From assembly GCF_009914755.1 (NCBI RefSeq), contig NC_060937.1: DNA of 64,000 nt. The stretch is one strand, 5' to 3'. This stretch comes from the human T2T-CHM13v2.0 reference genome, Homo sapiens. The first letter of the stretch is position 1. Each line of letters starts with the position of its first letter. The notes under the pieces are model-generated. The model saw only the letters and a program-made list of their open reading frames with translations, was not told the DNA's origin and did not search any database. Below are positions 28,201 through 43,275 of the stretch, piece by piece. Made by a program: the position numbers and the translations under genes.

Positions 28201-29649
28201 GCATAGTCCTACTCTAAATGATTCACAGATAACTTAAACTCAAAACTGAACTCATCCTTTTTTCCTTTAAAATTTGTTTCTCCTCTTATGTCCCTACCCC
28301 AGTCATAGTAAGTCTTTTTAATGTTAACCAAATTAGAAACCACAGGTCCTCCTTAAACTTTCTCATAGCTTTACTTCTCTCATATCCAAATGAGAACCAA
28401 ATCCCAATAAATTGACCTCTGTCTCACTCTCTCTCTCTTTTTTTTTTTTTTTAAAGAGGGAGAGACAGGGTCTCACTCTGCCACCCAGTCTCACTGCTCC
28501 CTCAAACTCTTGGGTTTAAGAGATTCTCCTGCATCACTGGAATTACAAGAGTGAGCCACCGCTTATCCATCTAATCCCTTCCCTCATCTCAAGCTCTTTC
28601 TGCCATTGCCCTGTTTCAGGCCTAAATCGTAACTTGTTGGTTTGCTGCAGGAACTTCCTAATAATTTTCTTTCTCCAATATTGTCACCGTCTAATCTCCT
28701 CCCCATCATTTCCAGGAAGATCTTTCTAAAATGCAAATCTAACTATGTCACTTCATTATATAAAATCTTTGACTGATTTTCCTTTACTCTCAAGATTAAT
28801 TCAAAACTCTTTACTAATCTAAGCCCCTTATGATCCAGCCTTCTCCCACCACTCGCTGCTATACTATCAACAATCTTCTCTTGAAGTTCTGTCTCCCTCA
28901 GTAGACTATGGGCACCCTGAGGGCAGGATCAGTGTCTTTTATCTCTGGACCACACCCCCTCCCCATCTACCCCAGCAGCTAGCAAAATTCCAAATTCGTT
29001 TTGTTGAACTAATGAAGGAGACACTCTGACCTCCTCAGTGTGTGATCACTCTGCAGTGTGTAGGAGTGAGAACAGAGAACCTAGGACAGAATCCTGAAGA
29101 GCACATGTTAGGATAGGCAGATGAACTCAGGAGACTAGAAAGCAGTGAGAGATGCAGAACCCAGGAGATCACAGTGTCAACAAAGCTGAGAGTCAAGTAG
29201 ATCATCTTCAGGAAAACAGAGCCATCAAACACCTCAAACAGAAGTCAGCTAAGATGAAAACTAAAAATAGTACAACATATCAGAAAACATGGTAGCTGGT
29301 TGCAGCCTTGAATAGAGTCATTTTAATGTTCTGTGGGCCTCTAGTCAAGTACTTGGTGCTGGATTTGGGGTCATTACTTGTCAGTAGGACCAGCAGTCGG
29401 GAAGATTAGCTGGACACAGAACAGGAGAATGAGAACAAAGTGAAACTTGCTAGTTACTACAGCATGTGTGACCACAGCCTTTCAAGAGTAATGGCTTCTG
29501 CTTTATTTCTGCTTTCCAGATCTCAGGCAAGGTTTTCTTTTGGTCAACTCTAACTTAGAACCAAGGGGAAAAGGATTCCAGAAAATGTAGCCTCCAAAAG
29601 GAGTGGGGGTCCCAAATTGACCAGACACAATTCAGCATACATCCCCTTG

Positions 29650-30170
29650 CTTAAAATTTTTAAGAAATGAAAATACTTGTTTATATTTACCCACATGTTT
29701 ACCATTCTCAGTGTGTACCATTCCATCCTATAGATCTGAATTTCCATCTGGCAATATTTTCCTTCAGCATGAAGAACTTCATTTAGCATTTCTGATAGTG
29801 CAAGTCTGCTGGCAATGACTCTCAATTCTTATATAGCTGAAATGTTTTAATCTCTTCTTCCTTTCTGAAGGACATTTTCAGTGAATGGAGAATTCTAGTT
29901 GAATTTTTTTTCTTTTAGCCCTTTAAAGGGTGTCATCCTACTATATTCTGGAATCCATTTATTCTTATAATTGTGTGTGTATGTGTGTGTAAGAGAGATA
30001 ATGTCTTTTTTCTTTTAGCTGCTTTTAAGATTGTTCTCTTTATCTTTGGTTTTCAGAAGTTTGGCCATAATGTTAGTAGGTATGTTTTTCTTTGTATTTG
30101 TTCTGCTTAGAGTTTGCTGAAATTCCTGATCTGTGGATTGTTTTATTAAAAAATCAAATGTGGAAAATTT
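29650..30170 (-). mobile_element. Old L1M ORF1-region fragment
   Basis: Minus-strand translation PTNIMAKLLKTKDKENNLK is L1 ORF1-like. TTTAGCATTTCTGATAGTGCAAGTCTGCTGG is also L1M-like. Confidence 0.7.
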
Positions 30171-30239
30171 TTGGTATGTGAATATAAATATATACATACA
30201 TATACATGTCTCCTATTCATTATTCTAATTCCAGCCCAA

Positions 30240-30530
30240 TATTCTTTTCCTTAGGGAAGTTGTTCATGACTTTTCTAAGTCAATTTCCCAGTTATTTTAT
30301 AGGAGCATCTATTTCTCCTTTATAGCATTAAGCACCACATCAATTTCACATTTGTTTTTGTGATTATTTGATTAATGTCTGTCTTTCCACTAAAGTCTAA
30401 AGTATGAACTCCATGAGGGTAGGGACTACATTCTTGTAGTTGTATTACACTACATTCCCAGGACTGACCACAGTGACTGGTGCATAGTAAGAACTCAGTA
30501 AATATTTGTTGAATGAGTGAATGCCTGAAT
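30240..30530 (+). mobile_element. L2 3' end
   Basis: CTCCATGAGGGTAGGGAC...CTCAGTAAATATTTGTTGAATGAGTGAATG. Confidence 0.75.
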
Positions 30531-30899
30531 AAAATAAATAAGATAATACTGATTTGCAGTAAGCCATTAGCAAATCTTAACTATTATTTATAACGAAAAT
30601 TTGCAAATTCAATTACCTTAAAATTGCTTTTTTATACCATGGAACTATTATTCCTCAGATGCTTTGGAAAATGCAGGTAGAGACTACGTTTTGAGGATTT
30701 TGGCTGTGGAATAAAAGAGGCAGGGAGTAGCTAGACAAGGATTCAGGTCAATGAAGCGTTTTGCTTTTGATGGAAAAGGCTTGGGGTGTCATGACAGGGC
30801 AGCTCAGAAATATCTCACCAAATTATTTCCTTTTTACATTAATTTTTTTTGTAATAAATTACACATTATAACACCTTAAAGGCAATGCACAGTCTCTTA

Positions 30900-32136
<1,237 letters not shown>

Positions 32137-32529
32137 GGGATAGTTGGAAGTCACAACCGTTCCATGGACTTTGATGTTCTTGATATTCATTCTTGGTATT
32201 GGCATTATGAGTTGTGACACTAGGAGGAGTCTCCAAGTGACTTTGAAATGAGAAGACAGGAACAAAGAGGTGTCATACATCCCTCACAGATGGTCAGAAA
32301 TATCTAAAGAGTTTTTGCCAAAGAGATAGGGTCCTGAATGGGCAGCAGGGTTAAGAGAAAAATGTGTAGTTATTAATGTTAATGAGACATCCTTTGCTAC
32401 AAGATGATGGTGAGGTCTCAAGGAGATCTAGGTTATATTTACAAGGGATCACTCCAATTACTACATGTCCGTCTTTTCTAAAATTAGACTTTATTGTGCT
32501 CTATTAAAATAGCTTTATCTTTAGAAGAG

Positions 32530-33160
32530 AGTTTCTCAAAATGTGATTTGGGGACCACCTGCATCAGGAACACCTGAGAATTTGTTAAAGTTGCAGATTC
32601 TAGAGCCCCATCTCATGCTTACTGAACCAGAATCTCTGGGAATCTGCATGTTTATTTAACAAGTTTTTCAAAGCTTGCATGTTTAGCCAGCTTTTAAAGT
32701 AAAAGTTTTCAACTGCTTTAGTTGGTAAAGGGTTTCTTTTGCAGATGATGAAAATCTTCTGGAATTGGATAGAGGTGATGGCTTCACAACATTGTGAATA
32801 TATTAAAAACCACTGAAATGATTTCAGTTAAAATGGTCAATTTTATGTTTTTTGAATTTATCTCAATTAAAAAAATAAAACTAGAGGGACAGAAATTACA
32901 TCGCCAGAGGCTGCAGCTAGGAGGAGGGAATGGAATGCAAAAGATCACAAGGTAATTTGGGGGGCTTGAGGAAAATGTTTTAAATATTGATTGTGATGGT
33001 GGTTACACATACAATGGCCAATCTCATGGAACTATATAACCCAAAAGGTAAATTTTACTACATAGAAGTTATTTCTCAGTAAACCTGGCTATAAATAAAC
33101 ACATAAATAAATAACCTCCAAGAGATTCTTAGAAACCCTAAAGCTTAAGAACTACTGCTT
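32530..33160. mobile_element. MER5A pieces flanking old L1M 3'-end fragments
   Basis: MER5A motifs at 32530-32665 and ~33110-33160. L1M tail motifs (GGTGATGGCTTCACAACATTGTGAATATA...CCACTGAA) lie between them. Confidence 0.6.
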
Positions 33161-33164
33161 TTAA

Positions 33165-34330
33165 GTCGTGGTCTCCAAAATGAGGACTCACTTCTCCAGG
33201 GTTCTGGAAGACAAGCCGCTGGGGTACAGGAAGAATATAATTGAAATCCTATTTATATTTTTAAAAATGTTAACATGAGAAAGAAATGACATTTTCCTAA
33301 CATTTGGAAATCCACTTGGAAGGCTTGACTCATATTTATATATAGAATGACATTGTTGCCCCCATCCCATCTGTGTCATGTCAGGTACACAAGATGTCCT
33401 GGGGGAAGACTGAGCATTGCATAATGACCTTGTTGACCTCTGTGATCTCATTCATTCACTTGCTTGTAGCATAATGCCACATACTGCAGTTTACAGGGAT
33501 TTATGACTTATAATGTCTAGTTTTAAATAAACTAATCCTCAAACCAAAAACAAATGATTTTTAAATATCTCTGCAAAGCAGCTCCTGATTGAAGACGATA
33601 CCAATAATGCAAGCCAAGGGAATATGAAATGGTAAGAACTGACTTTCTAGTAAGAGCTCTGCGATCAGCCACATTATGAGGAGAAACAATAATAATCCAA
33701 TTAGATCTGAACAGAAGTCAGCTAATGAGTGAGCAATTGATTAATTACTCTTCAAAAGAAACTGAGTTATGAAGAGAACATTTTAAAAACAGAGATTTGG
33801 CAGTGCTCCCATTGTTAAGTGATTTTGTTGCCTAATCAATGTAAACATGACACATACTAAAACCGTCATATCTCCATAACTAAAGAACTTGGGAAAAAGA
33901 CTTTTTTTCTAACTAATTTTAAAATCTTCCAAATGAAGAGTTTCTGTGGATTTTGATCCATTTGTTAAAAATTGTAAAATACAATGCCTTCCAATTAATT
34001 TGCGAGGACCTCTCATTGACATCAGGGAAAGCAGAAATTGACCATCTGGGTTTCAACAAAAACTTCTGCATAATCAATGTATGTGATAGAAACCTGAGTA
34101 CTGTTATTTAGTGCCACCAATGATGCACTTCCATTTAATTCTGCATGTCTTTGTACTTTACCATTAAAACAAAGTGTAGTCATAAATCAAATTAGAAATA
34201 GACACTTAGATCAATGTATCACAAAATGTCAAGCCAAAGTATCGTAAAATAATGCAGCACATTTGATCTCATTGCTTTCACTAAAAAAGTTACTGCAGTG
34301 GTTTAATGTAGTCATTCTTTGATATTCATT
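33165..34330 (+). mobile_element. Fossil hAT-Charlie-type DNA transposon with transposase C-terminal remnants
   Basis: Degenerate codons LRGPLIDIRESRN (~34000-34040) and TIKTK (~34160-34175) resemble the hAT dimerisation region. TIR-like GTCGTGGTCTCCAAA at ~33165. Confidence 0.55.
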
Positions 34331-34344
34331 TTTAGTTTCTTCTT

Positions 34345-34543
34345 TCTTTTCTCTCCTCCCACTTCATTTCTCTAGCTCTTGCAGCTTTAGTTGCCATCTC
34401 TAAAGACCTCCAAGTTCAAGTTCTTTGCTCTTAGTCTTGTATTTCCAACTCTTGAATTAGCAGCTCTATCTGGTTCTTCTACAGGTCTTTCAAACATGGT
34501 ATGTTCAAAACAGCATGGTCTCCCTCTTCTCTACCCCTGTTCT
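34345..34543 (+). repeat. Copy 1 of a ~200 bp near-identical local duplication (L2-derived)
   Basis: Matches 35184-35387 apart from 2 substitutions and one 5-nt indel. Confidence 0.95.
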
Positions 34544-35183
34544 CCTTGGTTAGTGTTCCTTATCCGGGTTAGTGGCGCCACCTTTTACTGTGATTCAAAA
34601 CATCTGCATTTTTCTTCTCATCTGTCTCTTCTCACAACTCACTGCCAACTGCCAAGGCTTCATCCTTCTACCTTCCTGGACTCTGCTTTTGTCTTCCTCT
34701 GTTTTTCCATTTGTATATTGAGTTCCTTGTGGCTATCTATCTCTGGAGCTTTTTTTCTCATTTTATTCCCCTTTCTATATCCTTCCTCATTCTTCCTTAT
34801 CTTCTGCTTTCCTTGTCACCAAAAGAAAGAACAAACTTTTTTTTTGTTTGCTGAATTTATTAAATATTTATTGTACTAAAGCATGAAATGGAACACTTTC
34901 TCTTTTTAAAGCCTATATTAAGTTACATATTTTCGTAGGCCTTGATTGATTTTGTTGTTACTGTTTTTTCCCCCAGTGGGATAGAAAAAAAAAAGAAGAA
35001 GAAGAAGAATATCCACTTCAGGATTGGTAAAGTAGTGTCTCCCTGTGGCCTGACATAGTGTATGCATGGTCACCTTCAACTCCTAATGAAGAAAAATGTT
35101 TAGGCAAGCATTCGTGTTACCAGGGATCTGAGGTTAATTTTGTTGCTCTTGTCAAAAGCGTTATTTTTAAGGACAAGATTTGG

Positions 35184-35387
35184 TCTTTTCTCTCCTACCA
35201 CTTCATTTCTCTTGCTCTTGCAGCTTTAGTTGCCATCTCTAAGAGGAAGACCTCCAAGTTCAAGTTCTTTGCTCTTAGTCTTGTATTTCCAACTCTTGAA
35301 TTAGCAGCTCTATCTGGTTCTTCTACAGGTCTTTCAAACATGGTATGTTCAAAACAGCATGGTCTCCCTCTTCTCTACCCCTGTTCT
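35184..35387 (+). repeat. Copy 2 of the ~200 bp local duplication
   Basis: See 34345-34543. Followed by a 9-bp tandem CTGGGTTAG x2. Confidence 0.95.
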
Positions 35388-35514
35388 TCTGGGTTAGCTG
35401 GGTTAGCTGGGAGGAAAGGCTTTGTAGATTGAAGGCAGCCCTCCCAATGTAAAAGGGATTCTTAATTTATACTGCTTGTTAACCATTATTCGGCAGGATT
35501 TGTTTCAGAATGTA

Positions 35515-35602
35515 CATCATATATATATAATATATACATAGTATATGTATATCATTACATATATGATATATACATATGTATATATTATATATAAAATATA
35601 TT
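35515..35602. repeat. Degenerate (TA)n low-complexity tract
   Basis: ATATATATAATATATACATAGTATATGTATATC... Confidence 0.85.
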
Positions 35603-37874
35603 TAAATTAGCCAAGTATTAGATGAAGTTTCCTTCACAAAAATTGAATTGCCAAGATTTTTTAGAGCAAATTATATATTTAGCAGTCATTTCTAATGGCA
35701 CTCACAAAACTAAAGCATTAGAACCATGACACTGATTTTTAGTATTTGTTTTTGTTTATGTTGTGATATATTAAACAAGCGTATAGAAAGTTCCTGGTTT
35801 AGTTGTGCCCAGCTTAGCTCATTTCTCTTGCCTGAGCTCTAATGATGCTGCTGTAAAAGTGTCCCTTTTTTGCATCGGCTAAGAATTTTCCTCCTGACTT
35901 GGGATCCCTCTCCCTTGTGCTAATGCAGAGCCTCTGCTACCCAGAACGGCACATCTCTTTCACATGTGCTCTTGTTTCTTACCCCTCATCACTCCTGGTC
36001 AGTTCCTGCCTCGTTCTAGCAGGGACTCTCTCTACTTGTCACTGTGCCCAAAACTGGTAAGGGAGTGGACTTCCTAATTCTGCAGAATTGTGCTACAGAA
36101 AAAAGATTTAATGTCTGCTTTCAAGGTGCTCAGAGTCTAGAGAAATGGAAGAAAGTTACTAAAAATGCTAAGTTAAAGCTATATGCTGAGGGAACACTGA
36201 AGGAGACCTCAACCCAGGCTGAAGATCTGGGAAGGAATCAGTCAGATGGAATGGATGGAGGGCTGGCAAAGAGATGAGGCTCGAAAGGAGATAGGAGCCA
36301 AATAAAGGGAATTTAAATTTAATCCCCCCAAATATTGGGTTCCTCAATTAGGAGAGTAACATGATTAGATTTATCTTACTTATAGCATGGAGAATGGATG
36401 GGAGGCATAAGGGTACAGGCAGAGAGAAACATTTGGGCTGCAGGTGAGAGATTGTGAGAGCCTGAATCCAGGCAATGGCCATGGGATGGGGGGAATTTAA
36501 GAAACTAGGGAGGAATTTAAAGACCAAAACAATATCACATAAGGAATGATGGGGCATATGGCTCAGGGAAGAATAGAAAAGGCATTTGAGAGAAAAGAGG
36601 GAGAGAGGATAGAGGGAAATAACAGAGGAAAAAATGGAGAGGAGAGATGGAACTGGAAGAAACGAGGAAAGAGGAAGAGAAAAAAGCAGGGAAATTTTCA
36701 TTACTGCTCTTTCCACCATGTCCGCCAGCCTGGTTGTGTGCTTGTAAGGCAATTGAGAGGGACTGGGGAAACTAAGAAATGGTGAAAAACAGAAAAATCA
36801 AAATTGAAAATGAGAAGTGGGGAAACTTATTCAGCCTTATTTTTCATATCCATCCTCCAAGCCCTTGGTCCCCTCCTCCTTTATGACAGCTTCTGTTTCC
36901 ATTGTTGGGTCTTTTTTATATTTTAAGTAACCATGTTGAATAGTATTGTGAAGGGAGGTGAATAATCCGTTTACTTAAAAATGTGTTGCTATGCATTATA
37001 TCTCTAAGTATATTTTATAGTAGAAGAAAAGGTAACTTCTTACAGTTCCAGGTACTTGAACTTTACCTTCACCCAGAAAAGTAAAGTGTCATTATTTCAA
37101 TGGGAATATGGACTGAGTTCCAAACAAATGTCTTACAATTAACTTTTCGGGAAAAAAATCTGTCTTTGAGCCCAGTACTAACCATATTAAATATATACAC
37201 TATGAAGAAGAAAATCAGGAAGTGCTTTAAATGCTCTCTTCTTTAAACTTTGGCTTGTTCCTGCTGATTACTCACTATTTGAAAGTACATGATAGTTCTA
37301 TTTAAAAGAAAAGTGAGAAATTCAGTCAAGAATGTTTTCATACACCCATAAATATTTGGCACTATATGGATAATTTCTTGCATTGACATAGAAAGGGACT
37401 CTCAAAGCCCATTTACATCTAATAAGGCATCACTGGATGCAACTAGGTTATGACCCCTTTGAAAAGAAGAGACTGATAAGCATCTTTACTGAGTTTGGCA
37501 GACTGCCCTTTGGATTAGCTGTTGATATGCCACATGTGGTACTTCTCAAAACAGAACAACTCATGTTTGAGGAATATATCAGTATTAGAATTTTGTGTAA
37601 TTGTTTTATGAGGGCTGTAGGCCATGCACCCTCTGTGGGTGGCATTAGGGTTTCCTCTGAATGGCATGGACATTCTCATGGTGAGTCATCGTGGGGAGAG
37701 GGAGAGGTCAGTATTGGAGGAAGACTTGAGGATACAAAAATCAGGCCTCAGACTTTCTTCTTTTGGGTCGGGGGTCAGTTTGGCTGAAATGGTGGGGCAA
37801 AGTGATGCTGAGGCATGTCTGATGATTTGGAGTGAATACCTAGAGGCATTGAACTGTGTGGCAGACATGGGAAT

Positions 37875-38303
37875 GTGTAGCATTCAGAACTCCAGCTAAG
37901 GAAGACTCATGCCCAGCTACGAGGAATATGGTTAGCTGACAACCTCCAACTATTCAGTTCTGCAGGTCCACCTCAGCTTTTGAGTCAAGGTCATGCACTT
38001 CCTTCTCTTCTCTAGGTAGCCTTAGCCCATGACTAAGAAAGACTGTGGTCCAAGGGTCTAGCCCTTTCTGCCCAAAGGTGGGCTCCTCTCAAGACAAGCT
38101 TTGATCTGGAGTTCCTGCTGGGCAGAAGAGACTTTGTTAGGTCTGCATCTCAGTAAGATGGCTCTCCTAGCCAATCCCAGCTCTTCCCTTTTATTCCCAC
38201 TGGAGGTGGGATAAGAGGTGGGAATAAGAGGTCTTATTCTCCAGTAAATCTTTTGCACTCTCAACTTCCTACGTCTGCTTCCCTGAGGACCCAACTGATG
38301 ACA
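37875..38303 (+). mobile_element. LTR16A-like ERVL LTR
   Basis: TGTAGC...GGTTAGCTGACAACCTCCAACT...TTTGAGTCAAGGTCATGC...TCTGCTTCCCTGAGGACCCAACTGATGACA. Confidence 0.7.
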
Positions 38304-38358
38304 CACCCTGCCAAAAGGAGGCAGGCAAGGAGAGAGGTTAGGAGTGGTCACTCCCAGA

Positions 38359-38421
38359 GGATCCGCCCACCTTGGCCTCCCAAAGTGCTGGGATTACAGG
38401 TGTGAGCCACCGCGCCCGGCC
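38359..38421 (-). mobile_element. Alu 5' fragment only (~60 bp)
   Basis: GATCCGCCCACCTTGGCCTCCCAAAGTGCTGGGATTACAGGTGTGAGCCACCGCGCCCGGCC with no further Alu body. Confidence 0.9.
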
Positions 38422-38877
38422 TGCGCTCTTTTCTGATTCATGTAACTCTTCTTCTACTATCTGGGCTTTCTCCTCCAAATCAATATTTCCTACAACAAAT
38501 ATTTTCTTACATGTAAGTATTTTTTTAAAATTTTTTTTTCCCCTCTGATCAATTTGTAATGAGTACTGCTGCATTTGTCTGTTATTTTTAATTACTTTGC
38601 ATGATTATGACAACTTTTCTTTCTGACTTCATCTTACTATTTCTATTTTTGTTGTGCATTTTAACATACATGGTGAATCTCCTTCTAAGCCATGGAAATG
38701 ATCTGTAGTAGCTCACACTCTGTTTTTGGATCTTCTTTTCTTTCTTATTGAGTCCCTTAATTTTTATTTTTTCCTGTCCCCAGATATTTCTTATGCAAAA
38801 ATGAAAATAAATTTAAAACACTTACTAATTTTTGCTTTTGTTTCAACCAGTCAATGCTTCCCATAAGAATAAAATAG

Positions 38878-39199
<322 letters not shown>

Positions 39200-39975
39200 A
39201 AAATTCCTTATTATTCCTTCATCTGGTGTAAATTCTCAGCTGCCCTGAGCAAGTGACTGAGTGGTTATTGCTAAGCCAGCTTTATAGTAGTAAGAATAAT
39301 TATCCTTGGATTTCTTTTTCATGTTCAATTTTCTCTTGGACTTTATTTCTAGGCTTTGTATATTTTCTAAGGGAAATGAACAATGATTTTACTGGCCTTT
39401 TTTTGTGCTTCAAGCTCTTTACATTAAGCTCTGTGTCTGAAGGAATTTTTCTTTTATTCTCTGTACCATGGGCCAGGAAATAGTTTAACCAATGTTTTCT
39501 AGAAATTGTATTCTCTGGCTATTATGCTGTGTGAACAATTTAGCAATTTCCTTCTACCTGCCATAACCACAGAAGGAGAATGGAGTAATATTGCTCTATG
39601 AAGATATTTGGATCTAACCTCTATAGCTGAAAGAGAAAAATTGAAGTTAAATGGGCAAGATTCATGTTTATTTTTGTTTGAGTTATTTATTAACACATGA
39701 TAGGAACAGTTGTACTATGAAATGCTTCATTATTAGTTATGTAACATTGTTTTTACTGGGATACTAAAACCTTTATACTTTGTTAGTTTAGAGCAGTATT
39801 TCTAGAATGGTTTCTACCAATTTTTTCCCTTGAAATAGTTACTTTTTAATATAACTTAACATGACTATTCAAAATTCTAACAGCTTGATTAAGTGAAAAA
39901 AAACTTTGTATATTGACCAACGCTATCTTTTTTGAAAATGTGTAATGTAATAGAAGCATAGAATTTAGACAGAAG

Positions 39976-40680
<705 letters not shown>

Positions 40681-40749
40681 TTCATGAATGATGATACTCT
40701 TAAATGTGATGTGTAAAGTTATACTCAATTCTTGCTTTAAAATATACGT

Positions 40750-41470
<721 letters not shown>

Positions 41471-42444
41471 CACCCCATTGACTGGCGAAGACATAGTGGC
41501 TGCAGCTCCGAGGAAAGCATTGGGAGAAGGGTGCTTCTTCTCACTTCTATTTGGCAAGTAAAATGTGTCTTTTAAAATCAGTGATCATATGTGAATTCTA
41601 GACATAGAAATCTGCTAAAGGAAAAAGGAAAGCTATTATTTAGTGGACTGAAAAACACAGATTTCATTTTATTTCTGGGCAGAAACATTTTTTAAATACT
41701 TAACTAAATTCATTTCCATTTTCCAATCTAACTTCTCCTCATCAGCTCCAGTTACCCTCCTGAAGCAGAATAAAGGGTTTTGTGTCCTATGTGTGCTCTC
41801 TGGGGAGCTCCATTCAAATAGAGAGAAGCCCACCCTCCTGTCAGAGCTGCCGTCCCAGTAGAGTTGGTAAACGTCATCAGATGTATAAGAAGGTCCTGTG
41901 TGTGTGTCAGCAAATAGACTAAGACGGGAAGCTTCCCTCTATCCCTCTCCTCCTCCCTCCTCTTTATTTCCATAAAACATTTAAAAGCACCCAAAGTGAA
42001 ATATTGGAAGCAACAGGACAAAGAGGTCCTCCTTATCTTCTTTTAGCCACCTGAATCCCCTACTTAGGAGCAAACCACTCTCTATTATCCTTGACTCCCA
42101 GCTGCAGGCCTCAACCATCTTCTCTATTTATTCCCTTCTCCAAGAGCATCCTGGGGAGCTTATGCCCTCTGCTCTCACTTTAGTCAGGAGCAATTGCAAA
42201 TTTTCAACTCTACCTTTTCATCTGGGGCAAGCTCAGACTTGTGAGCCCTGTCTGCCTACACACAGCACATAAATATGAACAGGGTCTTCTATTCACTACC
42301 ATTGTTGCTACCAGTGAATTTTTATTGAGCACCTACTATGTTGTAGGGATTCTGCTACATTATGTTAACCCTCAAATTACTTGGGAGCCAGGATCTGTTT
42401 GTATATCCATTTTACAGACACTAACATGCAGCTTTTTAAGATTT

Positions 42445-42752
<308 letters not shown>

Positions 42753-42920
42753 TAGCTTTGATAAGGTTCTTCACATAGCTAGATGATGGAAGACCCTGGA
42801 CCCAATTCTGTGTATTTCTACAGCCCTGGCTCATAGCTATCATACTATTATTGCTTTTACATGTTAGAAATTTTGAAATGTTGAGTTCTGAACCAGTATT
42901 TCTGAGGGGTCTTAAAATAT

Positions 42921-43275
<355 letters not shown>

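Noticed and set aside
34391-35432. Two hydrophobic ORFs (162 aa and 124 aa) sharing a 47-aa identical block, suggestive of paralogous membrane proteins
   Set aside because: The shared block is the DNA duplication of pyrimidine-rich L2 sequence. Both starts are non-ATG, and the hydrophobicity follows from T/C richness.
37437-37787. 116-aa ATG ORF with protein-like composition
   Set aside because: No family recognised and no supporting exon structure. The sequence loosely resembles a decayed LINE (L3-like) end.
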